A stretch of DNA of 64,000 nt from Balanoglossus misakiensis (GCA_040954595.2 CM082584.2:13447337-13511336), one strand, 5' to 3'. Numbered from the stretch's first letter, positions 48,253-63,132 are shown. Numbers and translations are program-made. The notes: generated by a model from the sequence alone, not told the origin.

Positions 48253-51200
48253 ATGGGCTTTTTCTCCTCCTGTGTTTTTGTGTTTTGTGTCATAGCAACA
48301 CTTCCTGGTTCAGAGGGTAAGTGTGTGTATTATCTGGTCACAATAGAAAATTATGCATGCCACTTACAGCAGCAACTGGATGCTTCACGTATACACATAT
48401 ATGCACACAACACTGAACTGTAATGACTGGTTTATTTGTATAGAAAGGTCGACAGTACAAAAACCAAATCAGTCTTTCACATGTTCATATATTATGCAAA
48501 TATCCAAATCAAGAGATGCATTGAAGGAATGGAAATTTTATTTCTTTTAAGTGTTCAGATCAGACACATTATCCCAAGACATGAAATATGTTTCTTTTTA
48601 CTTTGTTATTGTTTATGCCTAATTCAGTTCATGCCTGACATGTGTATGATGTATGTACCGATAAATGTAAGTAGAGTTCAAGCACCACGATATTTTACAG
48701 TGTGAGTGTGAAGTGATGTCCAAGTGTGAAGGGTGTGGGATGACTACTGCAAAATAAGAACAATAGTGCTTACTTCTGCTATATTTCTGTTGTTGATTTG
48801 CTCATTTCAGGTCAACAGTCGTGTTCCACTTTACCAGTCATAAGAAATGCCGTTTTATCAAATACATGTAGCACAGGGCAAGTAAATGGAAGCACCTGTA
48901 CTGCTTTCTGCATGAATGGATATGATTGGTCTGATGGTTCTACTTCCATCACTGTGACATGCAATAATGGAACATGGAGTGAAAGTCCCATAGAATGCAC
49001 AGGTGCTGATTTCAGTGACAAATTTTGGATGGAACAAATATTGAATACTTGTTTACATATTACAAAAAAGCTGATGTTACTTATAATTAAGTCAGATGCA
49101 TGAAAGCATTCTACATTTGTTTTCAGCCTGGTCCTGCTCAGAATTGTCTGCTCCTACATCTGGAAGTGTTTCCTGTCCAAATGGTCAGTTTTACAACAGT
49201 GTATGTACATACAGCTGTAACACAGGCTATGATGGATCTGGAACAAATGCAAGATTTTGTCAATCAACCAGAGATTGGAATGGAACTGATGATTTTATGT
49301 GTACAGGTAAGTGTTGTAGTTTCAGTTGATTGCAGTATTTTCTGCATGTGTGTATTCAGTCTGTTTTGCTGTGTTCAATTAATCGACTTCAAACACTCAA
49401 ACATGGTGTACTATTAGGGTAGAAGAACGTATGCATATTTTCCACAGATAAATTTTAGGGTCATCCCATTGGTAACACACTGATTTCATAAAGGTGGTTT
49501 CTGTGAACAGCCAGATTGATTCATTATTATTGGGCATTTATTTTTAGCTTGGTTATGTCCATCATTATCTCATCCAACATCTGGGAGTGTTTCCTGCACA
49601 AATGGTCTTGGTTACAACAGTGTATGTACATACAGCTGTAGTACAGGTTATGATGCATCTGGAACAAATCCAAGAATTTGTCAATCGACCAGAGATTGGA
49701 GTGGAACTGATGATTTTATGTGTACAGGTTAGTGTTGTAGTTTCAGTTGATTGCAGTATTTTCTGCATGCGTGTATTCAGTCTGTTTTGCTGTGTTCAAT
49801 TAATCAACTTCAAACACTCAAACATGGTGTACTATTAGGGTAGAAGAACGTATGCATATTTTCCACAGATAAATTTTAGGGTCATCCCATTGGTAACACA
49901 CTGATTTCATAAAGGTGGTTTCTGTGAACAGCCAGATTGATTCATTATTATTGGGCATTTATTTTTAGCTTGGTTATGTCCATCATTATCTCATCCAACA
50001 TCTGGGAGTGTTTCCTGCACAAATGGTCTTGGTTACAACAGTGTATGTACATACAGCTGTAGTACAGGTTATGATGCATCTGGAACAAATCCAAGAATTT
50101 GTCAATCGACCAGAGATTGGAGTGGAACTGATGATTTTATGTGTACAGGTTAGTGTTGTAGTTTCAGTTGATTGCAGTATTTTCTGCATGTGTGTATTCA
50201 GTCTGTTTTGCTGTGTTCAATTAATCAACTTCAAACACTCAAACATGGTGTACTATTAGGGTAGAAGAACGTATGCATATTTTCCACAGATAAATTTTAG
50301 GGTCATCCCATTGGTAACACACTGATTTCATAAAGGTGGTTTCTGTGAACAGCCAGATTGATTCATTATTATTGGGCATTTATTTTCAGTGTGGTTATGC
50401 CCAACATTATCTCATCCAACATCTGGGAGTGTTTCCTGCACAAATGGTTTTTATTACAACAGTGTATGTACATACAGCTGTAACACTGGCTATGATGGAT
50501 CTGGTACAACATCAAGAACATGTCAACTCAATAAAGTATGGAGTGGAGATGAGGAATTTACATGTTCAGGTAAAGATTGTGCTGATATAGTTTAAGAAGG
50601 AGATGGATGGTGCTGTATTTTCAGGATATCACTATTTTTTGCACCTTCTCATAATACCATGGAGCTACATGCATGCTACTAGTTTGTGGCTGCATGTATG
50701 GATGGCTGGCATTTGATTGAATGCATAGTTTTATCGAATTTGTATGGTCACTTTAATGTTAGTCTAATACGACAAGTAAAATTGATGCTTTAAATGTATA
50801 ATTTAATTTACAGAATGTCCAGAAAACACCTATGGAGATGGATGTTCAAGTGAATGCACATGTGTCACAAATGCTGATTGTAACCATGTAGATGGATCTT
50901 GTACTTGTTCTAAAGAATTTGATGGCATGGTTTGCAATAAAAGTAAGTGGTGCAAGAGTATGATGGTTTGTGTGTGTGTGTGTGTGTGCGCGGGCGTGTG
51001 CGTGTGTGTGTTCTGAAAACACATAAACAATATTTGTTCAGATACAATGCTTAGAATCTTACAGATTCGCAATGGGTTTACTCCAGCCAAGCAATCCAAA
51101 ATGTGTATTCTAAGCCTGACTGTCGTGCGTTTGTTTTATGTCCATGATCCACCCTTAAACAGTGTACATTCTTTATTTTCTATATTTATAGATCAGCTTG

Positions 51201-54200
51201 CAGTGTCACTCATACTACTAAATCCTTATGCCCCTGGCATCATCACAAACACCACAGATTTATTATTACTGTGCAATGTTAACCTTCCAAGTGTAGATGT
51301 CACTGTGAAATGGACCAAGAATGGTGAAGAATTACTAGATTCTGCAGTACCAGTAAATGGTTTTTTAACATTAACAAGGCCAAGTCCAGTCCCTGTTGAG
51401 GACAGTGGTGTATATGCATGTGTTGCTACTACTGACAATGGACCTGGGGGTAGCTTTACAAATACATCTTCTTCTGCTGTCTCTGTGGATGTACAAGGTA
51501 CATGTAAATTGTAATTACACACTGAACTGAACAGCTCATTTGATATCAAAGCAGAAAGTTTGAGTCTTTAAAAACTCAAGCAGATCATCTATGTATATTA
51601 TTATTGTAAACAAACAGCAATTATTCATTTCTGAATATTGTTATATGAATACCTTATTTACCGGGTACATCCTTTTAACTTTTTGTCGTCAGTACCTGCA
51701 ACAATCACAGAAAGTCCGGTTGGAGTCAACCTACCACTATCACATAGTCCAGAATTCACTTGTGCTGGTCATGGTAAACCTCTACCAAACGTTACATGGC
51801 ATAGGGGATCATCAGAAGAAGAAGAACTGAGTAATGGAGGAAGATATGATGTCACAGAGACTGACAATGTGTATAGCAGGTCAAGTGTGTTGAGAATTAA
51901 TTCCCTGGTGAGATCTGATAATGGTGAATACTTCTGTCGGGTGAAAAATGGATACAACAATTTGGATGTAAATTTTGATGTAGTAGTTCTGGGTAAGTAA
52001 GACAGTTTGTTTTAATTAAAACACCAAAACATCAAGAAGAAAATCAGATTAAATGTTTACAGTGACTATATGTTGATATAAACTCAACACACTGCTCTTA
52101 ATTGTTGTCATCTATGTTTGATCATGGATGTAGCATAGAGCTGAAAATCATCATGGCATATTTCCATATTTTGTTGCCTTCACAACACACCATGTCTCTT
52201 CTATACGAGATATTTCATTACTTACTAAATTCTCATGAGATTTTTCGCCATCAAATACTTAAAATAATTTTAAAAAAATAATTCTTTCATATCAGCAATA
52301 TCCATAAAATTTGAAAGTTGAACTTTTTTTTGAAAACTCAAAATATATATATTGTTCTTTTAATGTAACCTGTTTGAAAGAGAATATCTACAAAAAGGGA
52401 AGAATTACCAACAACAAAATTACCGGTAGTCTAGTGTACTTCACATCTTTGCATTTCTAATTGCAGAGGTGCCTGACCCTGTAAGAATCCTCAGTTTCGT
52501 GGCAAAGAATGCGGAACGCATTGACCTCAGCTGGGAAGTGACATACAGTGGAAACCTGGACATTATAAACTGCACTGTGGAGTACACATATCTGGAACAG
52601 AGTTCAGCATGGTCGTCATGGGAACACTATGAAACAGTGGAAGGGTCAGCATCGATGGTACAGATAGAAGGCCTTACTCCATACACATATCATAAAGCCA
52701 GAGTTCGTTGCAGAAATGACCAAGGACTAAGTAATGCAACAGAAAGCCATAAGGAACGGACAAAATTTACAAGTAAGGCAGTATATGATACTGTAAAATT
52801 TACAAAATACCATGCTTTGTTTTTGTTCCTTTATCATGTATTTTTTGTAGATTGGATATTTGTCCTGCGAATCACAACTCACTATATTGTATAATCCTTA
52901 GCCTCATGTTTAGTCAGCAAGAAATGGTTTTAGCAAGTTTTATTTTGCAGATAAATAGTGTTCTATCATGTGGTTGGTTTTCACTTGAGTCAACTGTTAT
53001 ACTTCCCGATAAGGTCCTGATCCACCAACTGATGTCACCCTAGAAGCAATATCTGAGAGTCAGCTGAATGTGACATGGACAGCACCAGGAAGTGTTTATG
53101 GTATTTTGAATTCGTACAAAGTGTATTACAAAAAAGAAGGAGAGAGTGACTATGGAGAAGAAAAGCAAAGTAAGTTATTAAGTTACATAATTGTATTTTG
53201 AATAATGATGATCACCATTTCTCTGTGTCAGACACATTGGCATTTAAAGTCAAATTTGAGTTTTTGGTGGCCCATTAAACTCACTTTTCAAAGATTTGGT
53301 GATACGGTCAGCAAAATTCATTACCACAAGATAGTGGATCAAACAGTTTCAGAATCAAGGCTATAGACTTTTTAATCAAATGTAATGAACTATAATCACA
53401 CTGTAAGTATTCAACACCTGGGTTAGATGGGGAAAAGACCAAGCTAGTGACTTATGTGTATTTGAGTTACTTTGCCAAGAACTTTAGATTTTCCCTCCAT
53501 TTGGAATGAGTGTTTGATCGCATATTTGCATTGGATTGTTTGTACAGATGTACCGATATAATATGATAGTGAATTTTTTCTTCAGCTTCTGGCACAGAAA
53601 CATACCTTATTGTTGATGGTTTAGATGCTTACACAGTCTACAACGTCCAAGTAACTTCTATTAACACGGAAGAGAACAGTACTGAAACGAATGAAAGTTC
53701 ATTTTCAGATATGAGAAGTGAACGAACTTTAGAAGGAGGTATGTACAGAAAAATGTGTACAGGTACAATATTAAAGTATGAAACCAAATTAATTGTGGTT
53801 GAACAACAGTTAATATCATTATAAAATGATGGAAGAATCTAAAAGAAGAAGTCATCATTGTATGCTGAAAGAAAAATTAAGACATCTCCATTGTGCCCAA
53901 TGAAGTTTTCTCTCATGTAATGCTGTCTGTTATCAATAATTTTTATACAGCAATTAATGTCAATTAGAAATATGTATGTAATATTAAATCAAATTATTTA
54001 CCTTTTTCAAGTTCCAAGCAGAGCGAATTTAGTTATCTTTGAGAATATATCTTCAACGGAACTTAAACTGGAATGGAAGCCACCTCAATATCCAAGGGGA
54101 GTCACTGTCTTATATGTGCTGAAACTTGTGGATGATGACTCACGTTTGAAAGTTCAAGAACATGACTTCACAAATGTTGAAACACCAGAGGATGTGCGGA

Positions 54201-57200
54201 CAGATTATTCATTCACTTTCAGAAATTTGATTCCATTTACATCTTACAATGTTATAGTAAGTATTTTTGTAGACTGAAGTGCAGTTATATACACATACAT
54301 GTATTGAACGGCCATGAATGTAACAGCATATATTTGCACACAACATTGTCATCTTAGTTGCATCCTTGTATATTTGACGGACAGTGTGTACTGTACTTTT
54401 GTGTTCTTTTTGGAATGAAACACACTCCAAAGATGTTCAACATTAATAAAACCGAAAGACAGAAAACAAGGATATTCTGACAAAGCATTCAGTTTGAAAA
54501 AAAAGTTTGTTCATCTGAAGTCACAGTTCAAAATACGATTTTATTTTATTTTATCAATTATAGGTTATTGTTTGCAACAGCAGAAATTGTAGTGGTGAAG
54601 AAAGTCAAAGTGCTACTACGGGTCATGGAAGTAAGTTAAAACATGTAGCAAATAGTTGATCCCATGAATTTAAACCAGATATAATGTTGGTGTATATAGT
54701 CAGCTACTGGACAAACACAAATTTGCGATGTATGAATTTTGTGAATGCCAGTGTTCAGTGTAAAACTAGGACTATACCTGAAACCTAGTCCATACAATGC
54801 TTGTAATTCAATATACATGTTAAATGATATGTCCTTCTGTTGCAGAACCAGATCCTCCAATATTAGTTCAACTTTGTGATGGAACTGAGCCAGACTCGCC
54901 TGACTGCAATGTTTGTTGGGATGAACCAAGAGTTAAAAGGGGAATCATTACATATTACAAGGTGTGGTAGAATGCAACTCAAAACAACTTGCATTATTCC
55001 TGTTTAAATTCATGCTGTGCTTACTCACAAACAGACGACTACCAACTATGACTGTGTTAATGTACCGGTACATCACTTCTAACAGTATCATCATCTTTGT
55101 GTCTCAACTCTGTATCGTACAGCTTGAATACACCGTACACAAACGAAACGAACGTGGATTCGATATGAATCAAGATGACAACGGACATTGGGTGGTTGCA
55201 GGTGATTCTGACAGATATTCTGAATCCAAAGATGGTCTGTGGCCGTACTCTGATTATCAGATCAGAGTGAGAGCTGCAACGTACGCAGAAGAAAGTGACC
55301 TGAGTGGAGATACTGTCAGCTGTAGAACCCAACCAAGTGGTAAATATTTACTGTTCAGACCTTTAATTAACCCCTTTCACCACCATGGTTGCCCCAAATC
55401 CATTGTTTTCTATGGTAAAGTTGGACCTCTATATTGGTAATTGGGGATGAGAGGGTTACAATGAAATCTTTTGTACAATGTGTACATGTAGTAGAGTTAG
55501 ACACTATGGTGCATTATTGATTTCCTTTGGTATTGTTATCTATGAGTTCAAATCCCAATGAGATACAATTCTATTTTATTTTCTTATCTGATAGAGCCAC
55601 CGACCATCACACTTCCTCAAATGGACAAAATACCAACATCTCATAAAGGCTTTCAGATGCAGTTGTCTGAGGCTTCCAACAGGAATGGGCCAATCAGGTT
55701 AGTTTTTCTCTGGCAATCAGTAATCATTTTCAAGCAGGTGTTTTACATGCCTTAGAAATGGTTTTAGCTACTATATATGTACTGGTACACATGAGTCAGT
55801 GACAGAAATCCTAAGCAAGATGGCAGATTGCTACTGAGATGCAAGTGTAAATTTTGGAGATCATTCATGTATTTATTTGCAAAATTGTTAACTGTTTTAC
55901 TATGATTTGCAGTTGTTATGAGGTGATAGTTGTCAAGCTAGCTGTAAATAGTGAAAGTGGCTTAGAAGAATATGACTCATCTACTCAAGATCCTGATATG
56001 ATTTTCCCACCTGGTGAAGTTGTTGATTATGCAACAGCAAAGGGAAACCCAGGAACAGCCTATGTTGCCATCAAGATGTCTGGGTAAGTGAAACACATCT
56101 TATTTTGACACTGTCATACACTATACGGTAGGAGATACACTCACAGTGCAACATTATGAAATAGGGGCATTGTGCTAACATTTTATTGGCCATCTCCAAC
56201 CACAGTCCTAGTACACCCTTTCCACCTAAGCTTAGTTTTGTTCAACAAGAATGTGTGTATGCACGTTGTTGAACCATTCTTTGGTGGCAAGCTTCACACT
56301 CCAGACATCTTCCATTCATGCATTTAGCACTTGTATATGTACATTTCAGAAACAACTTCCAAGAATTTGTACAGGTTGGCTCCAACAGCAGGACTTCATG
56401 CAAGGGGGATGGGAGCTCCAGAAAACGCCGGCAATCTGTTGAAGATGACACAGTGTACAATGGAGAACTTCAGCCAGATTCTTCCTATCAAGCTTTCCTC
56501 AGAGCTTATGTTGAAAATCCAGATGGCGGAGATGTAAGTCAGATCAATGAATTATCATAATAGTTTACAATCCTTTGTGGTCGAATTAAAAAAAAAAACT
56601 TTCCCCATTCACTCGTCTACTCGTGATGCACTTGCCGCGCCAACTAATATGTAATAAGAAAAACAACCAAGTGTTGTTTAAATCACTATATGATAATATT
56701 ATATCAGATGGCTTCTTTCATATCAGTTTTCGAGTTTATCTACAAGTTAGCTACTTTTTGTTTTTGCAGCCATTTTATTCATCCAGTCCATTCATTGAAG
56801 CTGTTGAAACTGGTAAGTTTTTCCTACACAGCTTTTCATACTATAGTACCGGTATAACATAGCTGAAGGAATTCTTTGTATTATACAGATACATGTACAT
56901 GTATGTCATCATCAAAATGAGATATGCCTGTTGTTATGTGTAGATAGAACGTTTGCAGTGAGTTTTAAAGCATTTCTACATGACAACATACATATATTTT
57001 GTAACCTGGTGATGGAATTTTACTGTTGACAATCTGCACATTCATGGTGATTCTCCTCTCATGCAAATTCAGGCTCAGCACCACAAACTGCCGCCATTGC
57101 TGCCATCAGTGTCGTTGTTGTCATTCTTGTCATCGTCATCATCATTCTCACAGTCATTCTGGTCAGGTAAGTATAAAAATCTTGGGAGATTTGTAATGAC

Positions 57201-60200
57201 TGAACCCATGCTTACAAAAGTTGTTGCCAATTGGAATGTTGTGTGTAGTTGCATCAATTCACATGAAATTTGTTCATTTCAGACGTTTCAGGAGAAAGTC
57301 TGAAGAGCCACGCACAGGCAATGGTGGCATGTGGATGAACTCATTTAACAGAAGTGGCAAAACAAATCAAAGTTTCAGTGGTGAAGGTAAGGCATAACAA
57401 ATCACACAGTTTCCTCTAATAGAACATTTTCTGCTCAGGCAAGATCTTGCGAGACTTTATCAGATCTCGCAAGACTTTATCATTTTCTGTTCTGGCGAGA
57501 TCACGTGAGACTTATCAACAATAATGTTAAAGCTACGCTGTTAATGTCCAACCCACCTGACAGTTTTAATGACTTTTCTTTTAGGCAATACTATCACTAT
57601 TACCTACCCAGCCATTCCTAATGAAAGGCTTCCCCAGGTGTATGCTGATAAACATGCAAATGAGAACGCACTCTTCAAAGAAGAATATGATGTAAGTCAT
57701 TACTTTTATACTCATATTGGTTTGATTCATGTGAGTAGAGTTGCAGTATATTGTTTATTTCACAGTCAGCTGAAAAATACTTTACAGAAAGTGCCTGCTC
57801 TGTTTTGTCATGAAAGTATGGTAGCACTGGAGTTTGAATTTTACCAGAAATATTACTTCAAATCCACACTTTCTAACCCCTCTCCGACAAACATTAGAGG
57901 GAATGTTGGTTATAGTTGACACTGACTACTGTACGCAAAGGTAAATGTAGTTTTCTGGAAGTCCTGCAATTCCGTTATTGCCAAGTTAAAGTAATTGTTT
58001 TGTGTTATCTGAACAGAACCTTCCCAGATCATCTCGACCCATCACTGTTGAAGCATCAAGCAAACCCGAGAACAAATCCAAGAATCGATACATCAACATT
58101 CTGGCATGTAAGTTCCATGCTCTGAAATTATTCAGGCATTCATTGCCTGTGAGTCAGTTACATGTACATGTGTAGTTTTCGAAAACTGAGTGAGCCTAAC
58201 ATATCTACACACATTTCAGTATATGTTTGTCTCTATCATGTATCTACCTGTATCTGTCCACTTATACTGTAGCAACTTAAGAAATCTGACATATTGTTAT
58301 TCTTACTAGTCTTCTATCTTTCTGCAACACAGATGACCAGAGTCGGGTTAAACTGGAGATAATTGATGATGATGAAGATTCTGACTATATCAATGCTTGC
58401 TATGTTGATGTAAGTTGTGTATTTCATATTGTTAATTACTTTGACCAAAGTTCCAGATGTAATTTAAGTGACATCCTATCTGATTTTTTCTGATATGAAC
58501 ATAACCTGAATTTGAACTCTGTAACATGCATACGTACATTGAAGTTGTTTTCTTTCATTCCTGCAGGGATACAAGTCACCAAACAAGTTCATCGCTGCAC
58601 AAGGTAGAGATCAGCTCAATTTTCTTGGATTCTTTCATTGCATTTCCCTGATTATGGGTCTGAGCTGTGAGGTTGAACACAATAGTCAATCTTTGTTCAA
58701 CTGTGTACATTAGCAAATGTACCTTACTGATGGGAAATGACATAGAAACACAATTTCCTACATCTATTTTCCATGTAACCCAATAATAGAGTTAACAAAA
58801 ACATTGGGCTAAATAGTTCAAATCACATGTAGAACCATGAATTTGAAAAGGGGATCATACCTTGCTTGATGTATGCAATTCATTACAGGACCTAAGGATG
58901 ATACAATTGAGGATTTCTGGAGAATGATTTGGGAGCAGAAAACATTAACCATTGTTATGGTAACCAAATGTTTTGAGAATGGCAGGGTAATTATTCCTCA
59001 TTTATTTATGGAATCAGGAATATATTATGAATCATAAATTAAATATTTCACATTCTTACAAGGTATCCTTTCTTTCACATGAATTCTTTATTAAGGAAAT
59101 CTCACTCCTTTTCACTTGATCATCACTTTGATTCTGAAATTCATGTGAAGAAACTGTTTGATCAATAGCAAATTGATGTCTGTTTTCTAAATTATGTAAT
59201 TCAGCATTTCCTCATAAATTTTCAGGAGAAGTGTGCCCAGTATTGGCCTGACAGTGGAACTGATCAGTACGGTTACATTGAAGTCACATTTGAGGAAGTG
59301 ACTGCCCTGGCTGACTACCAAATCAGAACTTTCTCGATCTGCCATGTATGTATATGTTATTGTTATTGTTATCCTTTGAACAGTGCGAGACATCCATCTA
59401 GAGGAAGAGAGTTTTTCTAATTAATGATGGTTTATACATCTGTGTATGTGAAACTTTCAAACTGATCTATTTCTGGAAATAACAGACAGGAAGTACGGCA
59501 AGCCATAATGCATCCTTTAGATAATGGAGGGACACTGAATATAAACACATTCGTTGAGATTTTCTAGAAAGGAAAAATGGGTGTCTGTGAAATGAGTGTT
59601 TGTGTCAAGCTGAACTGGAATGTCATTGTAGAAGTATTGGTGGGAGGGTTTCTATAGCATAGAATATTGGCATATATGCATGCCACTGAGACATCCAGCT
59701 GTGAACCATTCATCTGAAAGTGATTATTTACTTTTGGTGCAGTGAGGTTCATTTCCTGGAAATAGTAAATGTTCATGAAAATCACGGACTAGTTTTCCTC
59801 ATGTCATTCTGGAAGTGAAAGTGTTGTTAAAATAACACTCATGTTCCTGCTGATAACAACATCCCTTCCTGATAGTACTTCCTATAGCATGTACCTAAGA
59901 ATAAATTTGTATAATTTCACAATTCTATTAATACCAGTATCCTGGTGCAGTGTTGTTTAGGCTTCATGCAATAAATGTAATGCATTCAGGATTTTTTTCT
60001 GTGTAGAGACAGTAATGTTGCTTTCACATGTCTTAGATATCCTTCAACAAAAGTTTTAAACTAGAACAATCCAATAAATGCATGTACATGTATCTCCAAT
60101 GCTGCAATTTGCAACAGATTTCAGACGAGGAAGAAAAGAGGAAAATAACCCAGTTACATTACACCAGCTGGCCCGATTTTGGCGTACCTGGGTCTCCGAT

Positions 60201-63132
60201 TGGAATGTTGAATTTTATCAAGAGAGCACGAGCAATCAACCCGGCCAGAGCTGGACCAATGGTTGTCCACTGCAGGTAATGATTGTACAAATACATGTAC
60301 ATGTACTTCCCAGCTGTAAAGCCCTCATGCTTGTATCCCTGAGCATGTACTATTGCATCTATCATAACACTGAATATACATATACTAATATCAAACGTAG
60401 ACTGCTGTATAAAGAGTCTATATCAAATATAGATTGTTAGTCTGTATGTCCTGTTTAGCATACCAGTACTGTAACTCAGAGATGCGAATTGCAAGGCGGC
60501 AGCAGAGGCTAAGGTCTTTCTTTAATGGCAATTTAGTTATCCAAATCATATCACCAATTGTACCATTTTCTTCCTTCATCAGTGCTGGTGTTGGTCGTAC
60601 TGGCACCTTCATCGTTCTGGATGCCATGATGGATCAAATGGCAGCTGAAGGCAAAGCTGATGTCTTTGGATTCGTCTCTCAGATCAGAGGACAGAGAAAT
60701 CACCTTGTGCAAGCAGATGTAAGCAATTTGACGTTAAACATGTTTTATAACAAAGTAGACAGATTCATAAGGGGTCAAAGAGAAGAATTACTGTGGGGGT
60801 AATTTGAGTGAATTTTGGTGAAGAAATCCACCAATGTTGTGTGAGTCATTTAATTAAAACTCAACAATTTTTTTGAATAGGTCCAGTACTTTTTCATCCA
60901 CCAAGCCTTGGCAGAGCATTATCTCTATGGCAACACAGAGATTGATGTTGGCAACTTGCTGATTCATTGGCACAAACTCAACAGGAAACAGCCAAATTCT
61001 GACAAGACTGGATTAGAGGTTGAATATGAGGTATGCTTAATTCTATGTCAGGATTTATTTTATTTTTGCCACTCGGTTTGTGCACCACTGTGTGAAAATT
61101 ATGTCTGTTTGGTGTAAAATTAAGGGGGAACTAGTGTAAAATAGCACCACATTTTGTCACGCTGGAGATAATGTGGCGTTCGACTAAGCATTCTGTTGTC
61201 TCTCACAGAAACTGATCGATACAGCCATAGAAAATGTGGTCATCACTGAAGCCCACCATGAAGCAAACAGAGGCAAAAACAGGGTTGTGAACATTGTACC
61301 ATGTAAGTAAATTATGTCATGTTTGCATTGGATAAAAAAGACAAGATATGTAAAAGAATATGAAGTTACATGACTCAAACTGCTTCCAGAAATTAAAGTC
61401 ATCATGGATTAACACAGTCATCTTTCAGTGCATTACTGCAAGAGTATCTTACAATGTTCAGATGCCATTGCTAAGCACTTTGTCTCAACAAAAGGAAATT
61501 ATTAATAGAATACATGTATGTTCATTTGTAACTGCAGCAAATTTGTGTTTTTTCCCCCCAGATGATGGCAATCGCTTCAAATTGATCCGACTGATTGGAA
61601 AGGAATATTCAGATTATGTCAATGCATCTCTAATTGACGTGAGTCTTAGATTTTGTCTCCATGGTTCAGACTACTTTTTTCATGGTTTCACCACCAAGTC
61701 TTTCACACCAACTACTTCCAACTGTGTTGTATTAACAGCTAACATTGTCAAACCTGATGCCATTTTCAGGGCTACAGACAGAAAGGTGCCTACATTGCTG
61801 CACAGGGACCACTGCCGAACACACTAGAAGATTTCTGGAGATTGATCTGGGAATGCAGAACAGGATCAATTGTCATGTTAACAAACTTGATGGAGAGAAA
61901 TCAGGTACTTTTCAGCTTTGTATCTTAATATTTAATGTGCCTGTGGCTTAAACTATTTTACTGTCAGTTTTTTCATCCAAATCCTTATTGTATGTCTCAT
62001 TAGTTGGCTCCAGTGCCTCATGGGATGAATATTTATTTATTTAAATGTTGGTAATACATGATTTGATGGCTTTAACAGGTGAAGTGTGAGCAGTACTGGC
62101 CAGAGGAAGTAGAATCTGAGGAGCCTGAAATGTTCGGAACTCTTGCTGTGATCAAAAAGAAAGAAGAAGATTATACTGCATACACTATTCAAGAATTCTT
62201 TGTTACAGATACCAAGGTATTGGATACGTTATGTGTTTAAATCCACTCCTGTTAGTTGTGGTGGTGTATTTGTGATGTGTTGTGTTGTGTTGTCTTGTGT
62301 TGTCTTGTCTTGTCTTGTCTTGTCTTGTGATGGACTGTGAATTGTACTTTAATCATTGTGAGACAAAATGATGTGATGTTTTTTACTATTTCAGTGAAAT
62401 ATTTATAGGACAATGTTTTTGTCTGTGCTTTCAGAATTCATTTTCACCTTTTTTATCTTTTTGTGTCAGGGTGGAGAGACTCGCACAATCCGTCACTTTC
62501 ACTACACAGATTGGCCGGAGATTGGTGCGCCGGAAAGAGGTACCGGAATGATTGAAATGATGGGACAGATCCAGAAACAACAACAACAGACTGGAAATAA
62601 ACCCATTCTTGTACACTGCAGGTACACTAGAAAAATTTATCCATTGATGTTTTTAATAAAAGGCTCATTAATCTCTTGACACCAGCCATGTAACCCGGTG
62701 GATGGTACAAATGAAATAATCAAAATCATTTGTCATTTCAGTACGGGAGCAGGAAGAACTGGTGTCTTCTGTGCATTGAGTACTGTCATTGAGAGGATCA
62801 AGGCAGAGGCCATTGTTGATATCTTCCAGACTTACAAAGTTTTACGCCAACAGAGACCTAACATCATTCAGAGCATTGTAAGTATAGTTGAATCAAGTGT
62901 TTTGTTCTGCCAATAGGTTGTACATTTATTCAGCATTGTAAATGTAGTTTCATTTTAAAACGAATAAGAAATCATGATTAGAGAGATGTTTATGTCCAGA
63001 TTTGCTGCTCAGCTAAATCAGTTCTTTATAAAATCTTGTATCATTTCCCCCATACAGGATCAGTATCACTTTGTGTACAAAGCAGTGCTGGATTATCTTG
63101 ATTCCTTTGATTCCTATGACAATTTCAAGTAA
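48253..63132 (+). CDS. Receptor-type protein tyrosine phosphatase: signal, 5x Sushi/CCP, EGF-like, 2x Ig, about 4x FN3, TM, tandem PTP D1 and D2
   Basis: Signal exon 48253-48316. Sushi exons start at 48811, 49127, 49548, 49969, 50390; EGF-like about 50814-50942; Ig about 51192-51497 and 51693-51992; FN3 about 52467-55339; RKRR at 56420-56431; TM about 57073-57166. D1 motifs [49 protein letters not shown]2 motifs [22 protein letters not shown]. Ends [14 protein letters not shown], similar to PTPRA/E-type C-termini. Confidence 0.9.
49127..50569 (+). repeat. Tandem 421-bp exon+intron repeat (about 3.4 units) encoding Sushi domains
   Basis: Exon starts at 49127, 49548, 49969 and 50390 give an exact 421-bp period. 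The three intervening introns are nearly identical. Confidence 0.95.
55369..55457. mobile_element. Short MITE-like element (copy 2, diverged)
   Basis: AACCCCTTTCACCACCATGG...CCATTGTT..CTA.GGT.AAGTTGGACCTCTA...GAGGGTT aligns by eye to 38240-38328. Confidence 0.6.
62275..62327. repeat. (TTGTG/TTGTC)n pentanucleotide microsatellite
   Basis: Direct reading; intronic in the PTP gene. Confidence 0.85.

Noticed and set aside
49127-50569. Regularly spaced repeats that might suggest a CRISPR-like array
   Set aside because: The 421-bp units are whole exon+intron duplications in a eukaryotic gene, with no unique spacers and no cas genes.
59063-59071. GTATCCTTT matching the U12 5' splice consensus
   Set aside because: It lies inside an ordinary GT-AG intron (58987-59226) whose flanking exons already join in frame.
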